DNA of 63,445 nucleotides, counting the filler, from Hausera hauseri (taxonomy: Eukaryota), in assembly GCA_046269625.1 (NCBI GenBank). It is 13 parts of 13 records of this genome, joined end to end, with 100 filler letters (N's around TTAATTAATTAA, not from the genome) between each part and the next. Parts side by side here need not be neighbours in the genome. Positions count along the whole stretch, not along the records: positions 25,067 to 29,697 come from JBJURY010496352.1; positions 29,798 to 33,798 come from JBJURY010827416.1; positions 33,899 to 38,925 come from JBJURY010357487.1; positions 39,026 to 43,104 come from JBJURY010775313.1; 9 more parts are not named here. The stretch is one strand, 5' to 3'. The notes below the pieces were generated by a model. The model had not been told where the DNA came from. It saw only the letters and a list, made by a program, of their open reading frames with translations, and did not search any database. Below are positions 26,193 to 39,099 of the stretch, piece by piece (position 1 is the stretch's first letter; each line of letters begins with the position of its first letter). The translations under genes were made by a program, and so were the position numbers.

Positions 26193-26565
26193 GTGAGTAT
26201 AATCTTCGGTCACGCACCTTCACGCCACCGTGTCGTCGCGCGCGCATCTGACATTTCTCTCCTCGAGTATTAAAGGTGCAGTATGTAACTTTTAAAAATA
26301 TATATTTTTAACATATTATTTCACATTGTCACTATGTCCTGTTGGATTGATATTAGACAGACTCTCAATGAAAAAATTAGAGTCCTCTGGCTTCTCCTGG
26401 TGGTACTACAGCCATCTGTAAAATTCCCAGTGACCCGTAGATGGAAAGCCAATCAAAACCGAGGTTTGCTCGTGAACGAGCTGCTTACGCTCATGCCCCT
26501 CCCGTCCCTGCCTGCAGCGCGCATCCGCGGCTGCGCACGTTCTCGTTCATACAGTAGTTGTAGCA

Positions 26566-28970
26566 ATGGCGGATAAAGAAGCGACAACTTTTACTGAAAC
26601 AGACCTTCCACTAAAACTTCCAATTCCTCGACTGGCGCCTGTTCTGAAACCCAACACAGGGAAACAGAAGAAGACCCCGGAAGAAATTAAAGAAAAAAAG
26701 AAGCCAGCAGATCAAGCACGGAATAGAATAAACATCGGAGCAGCTTTTCAGAGGTGGCGAGAGCTCCTTGTCCTGAAAGGATTCAAAAGCGATGCAGAGT
26801 TAGCAACATTCCTGCTTGATAAGTAAGTGTCTTTGCTTCATTAATTTATTTTTACAACTACACAACAAAGATAACGATGGTTACAGGGTCACCAGTGATA
26901 GCGCAAATGCTATTTACTGACGATGGTATTTACAACAGGCTAACAGCTCTTAGACCATGTGATGATAAATGCTAATGGTAGCAGCTAACTCATTCAACCT
27001 CAGTATTGTTTCGATACTTACATTCATTTAACATAACTTTTATGTTGTGGATCAGAATTAAAGGCATGCAAATATGATGAAAGTATTGTAACTGCGCTGT
27101 CTGTGTCTAATAACAAAAAAAGAAACTAAATTACAAAGAGAGACCAGATCACAACAACTAGGACGTGTAGGGCTGCGTGTTATATGCGGAATACGGTAGA
27201 AACGGTATGAAAGTGGCCTACGGTAGACATTTACCCTCTACTGTCATATTGTCACTTACGTCATCACACCTGCAGCCCGCTGCGAGTGCAGAGGAGTTTG
27301 AAATGTATAGAAAGGAAAAAATTATAAACATTTCCCCCTCCCTCTGTACAAAAGTTACGTCAACCCCCCCCCCATCGCACAGATCGAAGCTGTAACCGTA
27401 GTTTTTATCAAATTAATAGACAACAGTGAAACACGGTGGAAAATGCAACCACTATACACAGATTTTATAAGTAATTATTGGAAACTGTTGTCAATTTTAT
27501 AATTCAGGACATGTGGATTGGCCTTCTTCACCACGTCACAGGAGAGCATGAGTGGTCACTGGATGCCTGTCAGCATGGTCCCTTAGAGGATCAGAGAGAC
27601 AAGGTGTGGATCGAGAAGGGGTCAGTGGCCCACCAGACTTTATCAGAAATCATTCTGAATGAACGCTGGCTGAAGGAGGTTCCCAAGTACCTGCATTTTA
27701 GGTAGTAATAATTATTATAATTTTCAATGCCGGTTTTTATCTTAAACATTATTCATTGTTGCTTGGAGTATTGCTGTTTGAATTTAATGTATATTATCTG
27801 ACAGTTCTCACTGAATTTGCAGGTCAACTGCTGAGCTGGAGTCTTTCCACAATCATATTTTGATGTATGCCAGCAAGCGCTTCAGTTTCAGTCCTCCTGT
27901 CTATGAAGCACGAATCTTACTGGCTGGCCTGGATTACAACCACCATGTTCACAGACCACCCAAGAGAAAGCCCGATGGTTCCATACAGTATGTAACATAC
28001 ATAACATTTTTTCCAGAGTGTTAAGGCCCTGTAACACAAGGTTTTTAACACCATAGGACAACTTATCCAACCTTTTTTCATATCTAAGTAACTATTAAGA
28101 GTTACATATCATATCTGTTAGCATTACATAAGGTAAAAACCTAAAACAGGAATAATTTTTTTATAATTCCATAATAAACGTCTTATTTAATTTAACATAT
28201 TTTTATAAAACCTTATAGTGTGACAGTGCCTTTGATTATATATCTGATTATTTGCACACATTAAAAACATGTCAGAAAACAATCATGTTACTGTCCTACA
28301 AAGAATTATAGCTTATTAAAATAGATTGTCATCTGTATTTTGTAATATAAAGAAACTAAACTGCGCTGAATTTTTTTGGGAAAATGTAGAGTTAATTATT
28401 AGGTTGTTATTATTACCTTATATTATCAATAAAGGCATATAATACATTTTTCCATTTTTTATCTTGTGTGTAATATATCTAACTTCAGATATCGCAAACT
28501 CTATAATAAGAAGTCCAGAAAGTGGAGTTTGTATGCTGTAAAGGAGGAGAAGGACTACAGTTACATTCCAGAAATCCAGAGGGCCATTGTAAGGAAACAA
28601 TTGTCATCTGGACATGGGCTGCCTCGCCTTACTACCATGAGAGCCAATGACCCACGTCAGTACGGTGTGCTGTCTGGTGTGCCAGCTCCCACAACTCAGG
28701 AGCTATTGGAGACACAAGTCAGCAGGGGCCAGGGTAAAAAATAAGTGTTTATAACAAATCATCACTGCTGTTTGTTAACTTCATAATGCAAACTGGAAAG
28801 TAATTACAATTAAAGAAGCTACACCTCGTTTGTCAAGACTGAATAGTATTTTTTAAATTATTTTAAAACGTATAACTTTCTCCCTCAGCATTGAATAATT
28901 TGTGAATAAAAATGTCTAACACATTTTCTTACTTATGCTTTCAACAGGTCAAAAATTACCCCAGACATAG
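26566..28970 (+). pseudogene. Kolobok transposase, spliced: N-terminal exon 26566-about 26822, C-terminal exons about 27508-27701, 27823-27988, 28489-28733, 28948-28970
   Basis: RINIGAAFQRWREL...KSDAELA.FLLD N-terminal motif; W.GLLHHVTGEHEW..C.HGPL; T.ELESFHNHILMYASKRF...ARILLAGLDYNHH; YNKKSRKW...KEEKDYSYI. The central catalytic exons were not seen. Confidence 0.7.
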
Positions 28971-29305
28971 ACGCTCGTGGAGCAATCATCTGTCAGCATA
29001 ATTGCAAATATGCACATATGTAAAAATAAATTATATTTTTACATTGAGACTTTGTGGTTTTGTGATTTTCATTGTCATTGCATGACTACTGTTGACCCAT
29101 TGATTTGTCATCATTCCTAATGAAAGTAACAGTTTTGTAAATGATTCCAAATGGTAATTTAATAATGTGCAATGCTAAAGTGAACCTTTAGTTAGAAAAA
29201 AATAAAATGTGTAGAACAGTTTAAGCTCTTTATTAAAAAGACTTTCCAAAAATAAATATTTTGAAATCAACAATTGTTTTTCAAGTAAAGAAAAAACCAC
29301 AGCAG

Positions 29306-29697
29306 CTAGATTCTTCTGGGAATAAATCCCTTATATTGTCCCTGAGGATCTGGAAAGCGATCCCGGATTGACCACACACAGCAGCTTGGGATCACAACTC
29401 TGTGACCAGGACCCAGAGTCCCACACTGCCAGGCCACAAACTGTCTGTAAGCTGCATGTCTAAATTGCCTGTTGTCTTCACCGTCATCTGGAAGGTCAAC
29501 TACAGCACGCAGGTCATTCCAGATCCTCCTGGCCAGACGCAGGACTCCTGCATGCAGAATGTAGGCTTCCATGTGGGGTAAAGTAGAAATGCAAAACTGT
29601 GGTTGTTGACTGCTGCACTTCCTCTCTACCACAGTCAGCATTTCTCTGCATCTATGGCAGATGCACCATGACGGTTGCCCAGGGACAGGAGGTATGG
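29306..29697 (-). CDS. KolX / P2X7 cytoplasmic ballast-like Zn-binding protein, 3' part
   Basis: C.C..C..M.T..E..C, CI, FRHAAYRQFV.WQ.G.LG...RVVIPSCCVWSIRDRFPDP.GQY.GF. Confidence 0.85.
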
Positions 29698-31184
29698 NNN
29701 NNNNNNNNNNNNNNNNNNNNNNNNNNNNNNNNNNNNNNNNNTTAATTAATTAANNNNNNNNNNNNNNNNNNNNNNNNNNNNNNNNNNNNNNNNNNNNGAA
29801 AATATACTCTTAGATGGGAACGAAGGAGTGTATGAGAGGAGAATGATTATAAAATACCTTGTGTTGATTCGTGTAGGCTTACACCTTGATTTATTTACAT
29901 ACCCTACACGATTACTACAAACTGTAAAACAGAATCATTGTCTGATATTTTACGCTTATTTCAGCTATATATTTGTATAGATTTATGTATTTCAAATATT
30001 GTTATATAGTATTAATCAACTTACGTTAACCAAGGAAAGGAGAAATGATGAAATAAATAATGGGCACCATACTTATTTTCTTTTCTAGATCCTTTTCGAC
30101 CGGTTTATATTCGGGATCTGGTAAATGTTTGTTTGCGAATTTGGGTTTGACTTGAGCCTTATATGTTAGAATGTGGCATGGTGAACCTCAATTTATGTTC
30201 TGCACGTTTGGTATAATAACTTATTAATTGTTCAATTGTGAAAAATACACTTCGACACCTCTGTGCTGAGATTAATAAAATCTTCGCGGGGATCCCGGTG
30301 TTTCGCTTGTGGAGATTTGCATGGTGGATTGTAGCCAAGGGTGTTTGGTGGAGTCGATGGGATCATGGGTTCAGTGAGTATCCTCTGTGGCATAAAGTGT
30401 CTAAGTAAAGAGTTGCCCGACAAACTATGCAATATATATACCCTTCCAAAGATACAGAAATAAACCGACTATTCAGAACTAGTAAATAATATGCTCTGTT
30501 ATAAAGGAAATTACTATTGGAATTTTAATTTAATAGTATAATCAATTTAACCGAATAAGAATGCGCGTGACAATGTTAGTATTTACGAAATAGAAAACTT
30601 TTCTCATTGTTACGTATTTAATAAAGGCCGCCATTGCGAGGAGTTGTGGAGCGATTTGAGGATAGCAGAATAAATAGTTCATATATTTTCGACGTCAACC
30701 GGGCGAAGAAAAAACATCATCACTTGCGTAGAATTAATATTAACTTAAAATTTAGATTCCAGTAGGTAGATATTAAATAGGTAGATAAACTTTTGGGTTT
30801 ACATATAGAATTTGTGTTAATGACATATTGAAAGGCTGGAATATTTACGTGTAGAGAAACCAAATTGTTGGTCCATAAATTGGATTAAAACAGGTTTTGC
30901 ATCAAACTGGAAAATCTAATCAATTATGAAGAATCAGAGCGTAATCTTGCTAAAATCCGTATTCTGTCGTAATTTTGAGGGAAGCGATAAACGTATTATA
31001 GATATAGTGGAATCATGTAGTTCTGAAAAAATAAAATCGTAATACCTAAGTTTTCGAAATCACACATGAACGTATGTCTTTGGTTTGAATTGAAACTTAC
31101 ATAATACAATTATTACATTGGATGTACCTTTGGTTTAAAGTGAAATGCATGCCATACGATCTCTTATAGTACATATGTATGCTA

Positions 31185-31917
31185 TGTTAATAGTTGAAGG
31201 TGGGCCCTATCCAACACCCAACTATAACAATAAGAACAATTTAATAAGTTTTGATTTAAGCAGATAAGTTCTAACGTTCTCGTTAGAAGTTTGCACTTGA
31301 TTTTATATTGCGGGTACTGCGTGCAGTGAATGCTTTAAGTTACAAATTCTAGTCCTATCTAGAGACGTTAAATGAGTTTAAACCTTAATGTGGTACAAGT
31401 CCCTCTTAAAGAGCGACGAAAAAGCTATACAAGATTTTACAACAACGAAATATATTCACAATAAAAATTATACCACAAATTTGAATCAATCGTCAGTAAG
31501 AAAAGTTCAAAATCAATCGTCAAGAAATTTCGTAACTGAATCGTTTGGTTTCTCTGATCACTGAATAGGTTTCAACTCTCGTTCACGTCTAACTGGTTTC
31601 TCACGTTCGTCTCTGTCATTTCAATCACTGATTTATATAGCCTTCGTTATCTTGTTTACTTCATTTCTCATGTCAATTAATTGAATTCAATAATATTTAC
31701 ATTTATTTCGGCTTCTTTTAGATAATATTTATATCGATATTCCAGGCTTCAAATAAGTATTTACATACAAATAATAGTCATTAATTCGATAAACACTTGT
31801 TATTTTCAATTTAATTCATTTAGTTTTAACTTTATACAATTGTCAGCTGTTACTGTTCACACTCGATAATGGTCATTATTCTCAATTTACGACATTTACA
31901 TTATTGTCGACCTAACA
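31185..31917 (-). repeat. 3' LTR (about 733 bp, TGTTA...TAACA) preceded by PPT AGGAGAAA at 31918-31925
   Basis: Inverted 5-bp termini, with a purine tract abutting the LTR on the coding (minus) strand. Internal blocks are shared with 43959-44685. Confidence 0.7.
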
Positions 31918-31976
31918 TTTCTCCTGCATGAGCGACATCATCGGATGTGCCTATTGCGTCAGGAGAGGTGGCCCCA

Positions 31977-33798
31977 CTAATTGGGCGTTGTAAGGCATTT
32001 AGCCTTTCTCGTAAGTCACTCTGGGAATCGATTGTCCTACTAGTTTGAGTATTTTGCTCCAAGTAGTACGCAGTGGATATTTTTATTTCGACTACTCGAT
32101 TGTTTTCGCCACGAGAAAAATATTTTAACTGGAATGCCTCTGCTCGACATACTGGGCACGTCGTCTTTCCGTTAATCAGCGTCCAGTGTTCTAAACAGTC
32201 CCGACTGTGACGGTGTCTACAATTTTTGTTGGCTAGAATTACATAGCATTGCCATAAGTTGGCTTCACATACTGGGCAAAAATTTCCAGTGACATTATCC
32301 AGGTTGCAATCTGTAACCCAATTTATCTCTTGAAATAGTAATCATTTTGGGTTTTTATACAGATTTCCATGCAATTGTTTCTAGTCGGGATCAATTGAAC
32401 TTTTCCTTGGATCTCCGTTAACGGCTATTAGGGTCCATTCAATTACGGGTTGGTCATCTAGGTCTGGGATTCCCATTTTCTTGTATTGTTTCTTTATTTC
32501 TACTCTGGTCGGATTGTCTACTGGTACTGTCATTCTTTTGGTTCTTGTTTTTGACTTCAATACTGCGGTCAGATATCTACCTAATTTTGGGTCAATCCGT
32601 GCGTAAGCATTTTCATGTAGTTCCAATATTGGCACTGTATGAATGTAGAATACTGCTTCTTTGATCTTCCCACGACTTACATATTCTGCCATTATCAGGA
32701 TGCTAGGTTGTTCTCCTATATCATTTCGGGCTTCTGTGATTATTATTCCTTTGTCTTGTCCTCTTTTTAGAACATTCACTTCTGTGAGTCTCTCTGAATT
32801 CTTTTTAGTAGGATGTTTTCTGATTTGTTCGATTTAGGATGATCCCTTTTCTTTCTTCTTAAAAAATCCGAATATTGATTTCTTTTTCTTTTCTGGGGAT
32901 GGGTCTCTCAATTTGGGCTTTTTAGTTGATGTTTCTTGATAGCTCTCCATTTTTGTTTTTATGGGCACTTGGAATCCATATGTAAGGTTACTGGATTTAT
33001 GTTTGGCAATATCTTCCTGGTTTGAGACTGTAAATTGGATATTACTATCTTTGTTTGATACCGTAATTTGCATATTATTATCCTTTTGGGGTTTGACAAC
33101 TCGTATCGGTGAATACGGATGAAACTGCTTTCGGTGGCGAGAATTCAATTCCTTTAGGTCCGTACTGCTTTGCAGGTTATTTTTGTGATTCAATGCTGAC
33201 CATTCATGGTCCCATTTGATCGTGGCGTAGATATCGCGCAAGTATTGGGTTCTCTTGGTAGCGGACAACTGTTGATTGATTCCATGGTGAGTTCCGATCA
33301 TGATTTCTATCATTGCCTTAAAATGCGTTTCCATGGTCATTGGAGCGGTCGATTTACATTATCCATTTTCTCTTTAATCTTGGGGTGAGCCCAGAATTAT
33401 CACACTCCTGCTATATTTCTGTGTTTTATTCCTAGTTTGTCTATTTGTTCTTGGGTTTGGAATCCTGCGATCATACAACCGTACAAACAGTGGATTAGTT
33501 CCGTTTCTACAGCTTTTACGTCTTTCCCATTTATCAAATCTTCTTTTCTTATGCCTGTTATTTCCGCAAACGTTTCTTTTACTCTTTTTCGAGGGGTAAT
33601 CAGCCTAGAATACACTTCTATCCCATTCATATCTCTAATCGAAACTTCAATGGGAATGGAATTTCCATCATCCCCTTCTCCGTAGTTTGTGGCAATTATT
33701 CGAACGTTCCGTCTATCCTGTACCAGTTTATATAACCCTAAATGTTGGTTTATTTGATTTTCCGTTGTATACTGATCGTATATCAGGGGAGGCAGGGG
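31977..33798 (-). pseudogene. C-terminal part of an LTR-element polyprotein: DEDDh (REXO4/ISG20-like) exonuclease, unknown region, RING finger
   Basis: EVSIRDMNG.EVYSRLITP...ITGIRKEDL..GK....VETEL...L.GCMIAG (33400-33700). CPVC-x15-CRHRHSRDC-x3-W-x8-CPVC at 32278-32144. It ends just before the PPT/LTR. Confidence 0.65.
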
Positions 33799-34739
33799 NN
33801 NNNNNNNNNNNNNNNNNNNNNNNNNNNNNNNNNNNNNNNNNNTTAATTAATTAANNNNNNNNNNNNNNNNNNNNNNNNNNNNNNNNNNNNNNNNNNNNTA
33901 GATATTATGTTCTCATAATTACGTGTAAAATTATGCAGTAATAACTAAAACTGATTTGCATGTCACGTTTTAAACGACGTATAAACATTAAGTTAAAAAT
34001 ATTCTTCGCTAAAGTAAGTTTCATGCTATTAGTCCATATGAACGGAATTATAATTTTTATCAAAAAAAAATAAAAAATCTCAAATTTTAGTAGATTTACT
34101 ATAAAATGTATTATATGGTCCATTTAAGTAATATATTTAAACAAAGAAAATTTCAAAGAATGTATAGAAGTTGATCAAAAAATATTTCCATTTACTACAA
34201 AGAGACAAAAAATTCGATTTTTAATTATTATAGTGGACAAAAATTTTCAAAATTTTGAATAATAAATCATTTTTGATTTTTCAGTATAATATTTTTTGGC
34301 ACATACAATATCGCCCTGATATATAACAACAAATCAAACTCATACTCATTTTAATTGACCCTTAATGTACATATGCATTATTCTATTACAGTAAACATCA
34401 TTATCCCTAAGGAAAATTGGTTTATATGTATTACTTTTGTATACATGTTCAAGGAGAACAATACTGTCAAAGTGCCAAATTTAATAAAAAAGGGAATGGT
34501 AGAAAGTGTATGGAAATCTATCTAAAAATATATCTAAGAACACTGTATAATCCGCAAAAAATTAAATTCTGTATAAAAAATCAAGAATAATTTCGTAAAT
34601 AAAATTTTGAAATTTTTGGTACACGATAGCCGTTTTAGACAATCACTTGATAAGAAATATAGTTCAATTTTCGAATACAAAATTTTTTCACATGCATTGT
34701 TAACTTTTCTTTTGAATTGACCGAATTTGGAAAGAAATT

Positions 34740-37700
34740 ATGTTGAGTGGTTTAAGTAGTGTCAGTCAAGCACAGGTAAGTATGATCTATAGACAATATT
34801 TTCTTTTTAATATCCAATTGTTTCCAGAATTTTTATAACTGATTCTAGGAAAATTCGAATGTTATGATACGTTTTATTGAGCATTGTTTTGTTTGGGGAA
34901 TGTGTGAAGATAAATGACTTTTGATAAAAGTAGTTCTTCAAAGTGTTCTAAAATTTAAGTAGTATTGTTTGATGGATTATAAACTTTCATTTTATCATTA
35001 CTTTTTGAATTTAATATTTAAACAGAACAACTAATATCGTCGTTAAGTATTCACATTTATGAAACATAACGAGGGTATTATGTGTGGGGAATAACAGAGA
35101 CTTTGAGGGTAAGGTGCAATTCGGTGATTTCAAAGTACTTTCGGTTTTCTGTTCCTTTGTTAACTTTGTTTGGTGTTCAGCGCAGAAAAACTGAGACTGA
35201 CAAATCCAATGAAACATCGATTTCATCTTCATCCGTAAACGACAATGGCCCAGAGCAAACTATCAACGACGTTTCATTAAATATTCACAATTCCCCGTCA
35301 ATTAACTCAGTTAATGCTTCTAATTTGTTAAAGGAAACCGAAAGTAATATTTCGGCAAATCCTTGTATCATTTCCTCTTCTAGTACTTGTCTTAAATTGT
35401 CGACTGATGAGATTTGTCAGGAAGCGATCGATAAACAACCATTTATTAACGATTTGTCAAATGCTACTTTTCAATCGAGTATTTCTCCTAGTAAATCGGA
35501 TTCAAATATCAACGAAAATTTGAATGATCCGATTTCATCAGCAATTCCAAATGACCAATTAATTTCGTCTGGGTCTGATCCAAACGTAACCAATTCTACC
35601 TTGACCGATCAACGATTACTGGATACTCTAAAATGTAAAGATACGATTATTGACGAATTAAAGAAACAATTAAAGATGAAAAGAATCCAATCAAACAAAA
35701 TCTCCGATTTCCCGAAAGAGTTGGAATCAAAGAATTCACAAATTGCAATATTACAAAGGGAAATATCGAATTTCAAAACAAAAATTGCCAAATTTCAAAT
35801 TGAAGAAAAATTGAAAAATGAATCATCGGAAACGTCAAATAACAATAATTTGAGCTTCCCAAATGTTGATGTTTATGTCCAAGAACACAAAGAATTCGAC
35901 AAAGTGTTCATTGAAAACGGTTTCCAAATTTACTGTAAGTTATGTCGAAAAGCCGGAAAACGTCAATCGATGATGGCAAAAGGTATTGACTATCTCGGTG
36001 AAGCATCAATAAGTGCTACAAATGGAAGTTCATTGGAATGGACGATATTACGGGAAACGCTTGAATCCCATTTGGATTTTCATAAAACGGATAAAGTTAA
36101 ATTTTCAACAGTCGAAAACATTTTAGCGGTGGCTTTAACGTCGGTAAAGACGAAATGCAGGACCGCTGATTTTCAAAATTGGTTGTTAAATGCAAAATTT
36201 CTCGGCGTTGATATTGGTAAGGCTGATGTTCGATTCTTTCGAATGGTATCCGAATTGAAAAATCATGCTTTGGAAACTTTTGCCAAGTGTTTGAGAACTC
36301 CAACGAAAATTACCGATTTATTACCTCGATTCGGTGTTGCCGTTGATTGGCTTAAGTTGAATTGTGATACGTTCGAAGTTATATTCATCGTTGTGAATTT
36401 GAATGGCGATCGGCGTTTCGTTCCGATCGATTGCCAGATAGTTTGGTCGGATGTGATTGTCGATGAAAATGTTGGACGACATGTCGGGCTTGTGCTGAAA
36501 GCTTTAAAAACCCAACTGAATCTGGACGACAAAGATCTGAGTCGTATCACGTCGCTGTATACAACTAAACCGTGCCGTTTGCTTCATTTGAAATTGAAGG
36601 AAAAATTGAAGTCATTCCACAATAATTGTTTGTTCAACTTTTTCAATTATTCCCGCTCCATTGATACAGTTGTGAAGAATGTGTTTGAAAGTCAGAATGT
36701 TTACCGTTTGTTTATTCAACGTTGTAAAGAATTTCAAATTTTGTTTCAATTCGACTTGTTTCAAAGCGACGAAACCGAATTAAAATGCAATGCGCTAGTG
36801 AATAAAATGAGATACGTTTTCAATAGTTACTACTCCATTTTTTCTTCAATGGATAATGAAAAATTATTTGACGATGAGAACATAGAACCAATATATTTTA
36901 CTCGCGGGCGAGATTTCATATTGGATTTGAGCATTTTCAGAGATGTACTATTACCGATTATGGAGGTTATGATGAATCTTCAAAATCCCAATATTCCTCC
37001 TTGGAAATTTCTTGTCTGGCTTGAAAAGTTGATTGATATTGTGAAAGAAATGGAAACGAATTTAATGTCGGTGATTTCGAATAATGACATTCCGAGTTGC
37101 CAATCATTTCCATGTTTAAATGCGATGTGGACCGAAGCGGTTCGAGAGAAGAGTATATATGATGAATGGTTTGCAGTTCAAACGAAATTTGATAATAGCG
37201 ATTCAACGTCTTTATGGAGTGTTCGAGATTTGTCCGTTTTACTTCACGATCATTTGGTGTTGTGTTCTGAACTTCGTACAGAATTATCGATCGTTTGCAG
37301 AGATTCCACTCCTGATGAATTGAAGTTGTTACAAGCATCTTTCGATCTAGAATCCATGCTTAACGAGATGGCTGAAATGGATGTTATCTCACCAATTGAA
37401 ACAAACATGGATGTGTTTTTTCGTACTGGTTTGCATGAATTCGAAATGGTATGTCAAACGTTATTTAATAAGGTCTATATAACTGGAGAAGATATTGATT
37501 CAGTTTCGATTCCAGAGATCTTTCGACAATGGAAAGAAACAGTTTTCAACGTAATCTTTAAACAGTCACACATATCAGGCCGCTGGTTCGCCAACAGATC
37601 TGGAGAGCCTATTTTATTTCCAGATCAAATCGTTAGCATAAAATTAGAGCCACAAACTGGCATCACAAGTACGACATATGAGATTGGTTTAAGAAACGGA

Positions 37701-38111
37701 TGTGTTTTTGAGGGTGTTCGTTTTCTGGAAATGGAGTTTATGAAGTACCTGTTATTCTGTAGTGATATTCTTCAAACGGAAAATAAGCTATTGTATGCGG
37801 TTGTTGATTATGCGTATGGATTTTATTTTACAGATAGTTCCTTTGATCCGTTCTATGAATCATTCAAATCTTATTCAACATTAGAAATTAAAAATCGTCG
37901 AAAATTAACGAATCTAGCCCTTACTAATTGTTTTTATCCCTCTGCAATCCACTGTAAGGGCGCTTTGAAATCCATTGCCAAGCAACTTGTTATAAATGGT
38001 AAATTGAATCCGTCGTCAAAGAAAGTGAAGAAAGCGTCTCCTAAGTATGAATCGATTCGATATCCGTTTGTCGTAGATAGTATATTGGCTGATAAAGGAG
38101 ACGTTTTATAA
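34740..38111 (+). CDS. Intact large gene, probably derived from a hAT-like transposase; predicted exons 34740-34775 and 35181-38111
   Basis: Uninterrupted 3-kb ORF. ATG exon MLSGLSSVSQAQ|gtaagt splices in phase to ttcag|CGCAGA. Coiled coil, C..C...H...H zinc finger, and RNase H-like strands PRFGVAVDW...VIFIVV. Confidence 0.7.
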
Positions 38112-38266
38112 ATGCTGTCTTTTAATATTGATGGATCGATTGTGAATTTGCATTTAGTTTTATTGATAGCTTTTATTGTAAATAAACTTTGGTTTGTGTT
38201 TCTATTAAATTTTACAGTATCTCCAATTTAGAGGATTTCATTAATATATTCGTTGAGCTTGAAACA

Positions 38267-38556
38267 TAGTGCAGCCATATAATTCCAAAAAAGGAAAATT
38301 AAAAATGTTGCACTTTTAGTGAATTAAAAAATGTTGAATTCTAATATATTATATTTGATGAAAAACCATGAGGTTAAGCCATATGTAGAACCAAATATTT
38401 TAATTTAAATTTTTTGGGGATGATACATTTTTATATAGAATTGTATCACGAAAATGTAAATTTTTTGGAACCATGGGCGCCGGCAGAAGTATTTTCAAGG
38501 GCTGCCCCTTGACCCTTAGTACCGGCGTCCATGTTTGGAATTATATGGCTGCTCTA
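38267..38556. mobile_element. MITE with 23-bp TIRs containing a nested 62-bp hAT-type MITE (38472-38533)
   Basis: Outer TIRs TAGTGCAGCCATATAATTCCAAA / TTTGGAATTATATGGCTGCTCTA. Inner CATGGGCGCCGG...CCGGCGTCCATG is flanked by TTTGGAAC and TTTGGAAT. Confidence 0.7.
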
Positions 38557-39099
38557 CGTTATAATATCAATGAATAGTATTATTGAAATTCTGTGTAAGG
38601 TTGTTTCAATATTGAACGACAGGTAGTAATTCGAACTCTAAAATTATGAAGTAATGGAGCGTTTGAGATTGTAGGATTCGTCTTTGGAACGAGAATTGTC
38701 ATTGAAATTGGGCAGATTTTTGGACATTTGAATTGGTGGTTGAATATTGGAAACTGTAGTTTTATTGATGTATATTCCATAAATATAAATCCAACATTTT
38801 CATTTTTACTTACATCTCACATCAAAAAGTTTTTAGTCTGAACGTCATTTCCAAAGTAGGAACACAAAATAATTTTGAGAGACCGTGTTGAAAAACCAAA
38901 CTGAATTATTTTCTCGTATAAAGTANNNNNNNNNNNNNNNNNNNNNNNNNNNNNNNNNNNNNNNNNNNNTTAATTAATTAANNNNNNNNNNNNNNNNNNN
39001 NNNNNNNNNNNNNNNNNNNNNNNNNCCTATATCCCACAATACTTACTGAAGATTGGAACAAGATATTTAAAACAAGATTTACTGATACAACAATACAAC

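Larger units (their letters stand above)
26274..29697 (+). mobile_element. KolobokP-type DNA transposon (teleost), internally deleted, 3' end cut by the contig edge
   Basis: TTAA target at 26270-26273 followed by an AGGTGCAGTATGTAAC terminus. Spliced transposase on + and a convergent P2X7-ballast-like ORF on -. Confidence 0.75.

Noticed and set aside
29306-29641. P2RX7 receptor gene
   Set aside because: Only the ballast-like domain is present, inside a Kolobok element. No channel or ectodomain exons.
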